Positions 62,301-64,000 of a DNA stretch of 64,000 bases are shown here, one piece after another. The notes under the pieces were generated by a model. That model ran no database searches and was not told where the DNA came from. It saw only the letters and a list, made by a program, of their open reading frames with translations. Made by a program: the position numbers and the translations under genes. The DNA is from Guillardia theta CCMP2712 (taxonomy: Eukaryota > Protista > Cryptophyta), in contig NW_005434669.1 of NCBI RefSeq assembly GCF_000315625.1, forward strand, positions 155,486-219,485, written 5' to 3'. The stretch's first letter is position 1, and each line of letters begins with the position of its first letter.

Positions 62301-64000
62301 TCTTGTTTCCTCTCTCGTCCTTGTTGTCGATGACACGTTGCAGGATGGCCAATGCAAGTTTTCATCCTTCCACCACACAAAGTGGGATATTCTTGAGATT
62401 GAAAGCAGAACACTTTAACCTGATTGTGTTGACAGCAAACAGGGTTGAAAGATAGCATACCGGAGACGTCAATGATGCATTATTATTGCCTTAAGGTGCA
62501 ATCCGGAACGATGGGATGATGCATCTGAACATCTGCATAGGGTTGTATTTGTAATGAGGAGGAGAGGGGAAAACTTTACAAACCATTCGAGGAGAGGAAG
62601 GCACAGATGATGGAGAACGAAAAGACATCAGAAACATCTCCAAACATCAAGATATTGTTCTTGGGCACAGGAGCATCAGCTCCTTTCAAGTACAGGTGAC
62701 AATGAGAATTCGTGTGCTGCAATGTGTCTATCTAACGTGTAACATCTAACATCAAACATCAAACATCTAACATCTACATGAGATCTTCAATGGCCTTATC
62801 TTGACTTTGAAGCATTTAGGACTGTCAGCAGCATTCTCGTCGAATTGGAAGATGGGAGCGGTGTGCTTCTGGATGCAGGGGATGGGACATACAGCGCTAT
62901 GGTAAGGAAGATGGGGCAGCAGAAAGCAGAGGACATCTTGAAGAAGCTGAAGATGATTTGTGTCTCGCACAAACATGCAGATCACATCTCCGGGGTTGCA
63001 AGGTTGGTGCGTGCAGAAGGGTAGGACGGCAGTTTTGAGTTGTGGACACAGGATCTTGTTGAAGAGGCAAGGGCTGATGCAAGTGAAAGCAGAAGAAAGC
63101 AGACTGAGTTCTGATTGCACGTGGGAATGTTCCGTCTGCGGAAAGAGATTCACCTCTCGATCGTCCATAGAGCTGCATCAGAAAGCTGTTCATCCAAGGT
63201 GACGCATTCTTCTCCCCTGTTGTCAGAGCATTCTTCTTCCTTACATTCAGAAGTTTATTACAATCTCACAAACGTATGGTTCTCCACAGGAATATCCGTG
63301 AGCCGAAGAAGGTAGAGCAAGACAACGAGCGATATTCTTCTCCTCAAGGTACTTAGAGGTTCTTCACATCATCATCATCATCTCTTGCTCTTTTTCTGTG
63401 AAACTTGTATACACTCTTGAACTTTTTCACATAATCAAAACTATCTTTTTCTCTCTCTTCTTCGCCACGTTTGCCCCCATTTAACATCACTATCGTTGAA
63501 CAGATCTTCTTGTCATTGGGCCGATGTGGCTAGAGGCCTGGTTACAGGATCTCAGCCGGCTCGAGAACATACCTTTCACGTACATTGCTCTGACTTCGAT
63601 TCTCTCACACTAAAATCAACAAACAAACAGTTTTGTTGACTGCGCTGACTTGCAATATGACAACCCGTCGAGGTCAAGAAAACAACTCGATGTGAGTTCA
63701 TGAAACATTTGACTTGTGGTGTTGACTGCAGACAACCTTTTATAACTTGTGATTCTTACCTCAGGTTGACATGGTGGAAGTGAGAACTGCTCTTGTGCAA
63801 CATTCATTCCCTGCATATGGTACGAAACCAAGACAGCTATCTCCTTTCCCCTCTTCTTGAATGCTGCAGTCGCTCACTGGCCCTCTCGCTAGGTTTCTCC
63901 TTCATCTTCAGAGGGCGCGAGGACTTCAAACTTGTCTACAGCGGTGATACTCGACCCTGTGAAGCTCTGATAGAGGTTTCCTCCTCCTCCTCCTCCTCCT
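59362..64000 (+). CDS. Long-form tRNase Z (ELAC2/Trz1 family); runs off the window, start uncertain
   Basis: INCPEGTQ; flexible arm GKFDVKKAEELKVPKGPMRGKLVKGETI; LFLGTGASAPFKYR; LDAGDGT; SHKHADHISG; YSGDTRPC. Confidence 0.92.

Overview
Compact, intron-rich eukaryotic nuclear DNA with short (~45-55 nt) GT-AG introns, many filled with simple repeats, and head-to-head genes only 60-110 bp apart. The style suggests a cryptophyte alga such as Guillardia; this is inference. About 16 genes or fragments are supportable: the 3' end of a MGAT5/GT18-like Cys-rich protein, a SPIN90/Ldb17-like protein, an NPHP3-like IQ-DUF4062-NACHT-TPR protein, a C20orf85-like protein, a putative-Ig membrane protein, a ~79-aa peptide gene, an MFSD1-like transporter, an AP endonuclease, a QALGGH C2H2 protein, a coiled-coil protein, three ABCB/MDR transporters, a LigB/DODA-like dioxygenase missing metal ligands, a GSCFA protein with a plastid-type leader, a SET protein and long-form RNase Z. 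The most unusual part is a ~7.8-kb island (3.0-10.85 kb) between two divergent host genes. It holds a ~33-unit LRR array with a near-invariant DNA framework and hypervariable concave-face codons (VLR-like), bracketed by a 45-bp direct repeat. Next to it lie a defective Crypton-type tyrosine recombinase and a 40-bp imperfect-dyad repeat that recurs at 20.2 kb. The second notable structure is an ABCB triplication: an inverted duplication, a chimeric middle copy, and divergence concentrated in TM5-6 and a Cys-rich extracellular loop. Exon boundaries were read by eye and are approximate.
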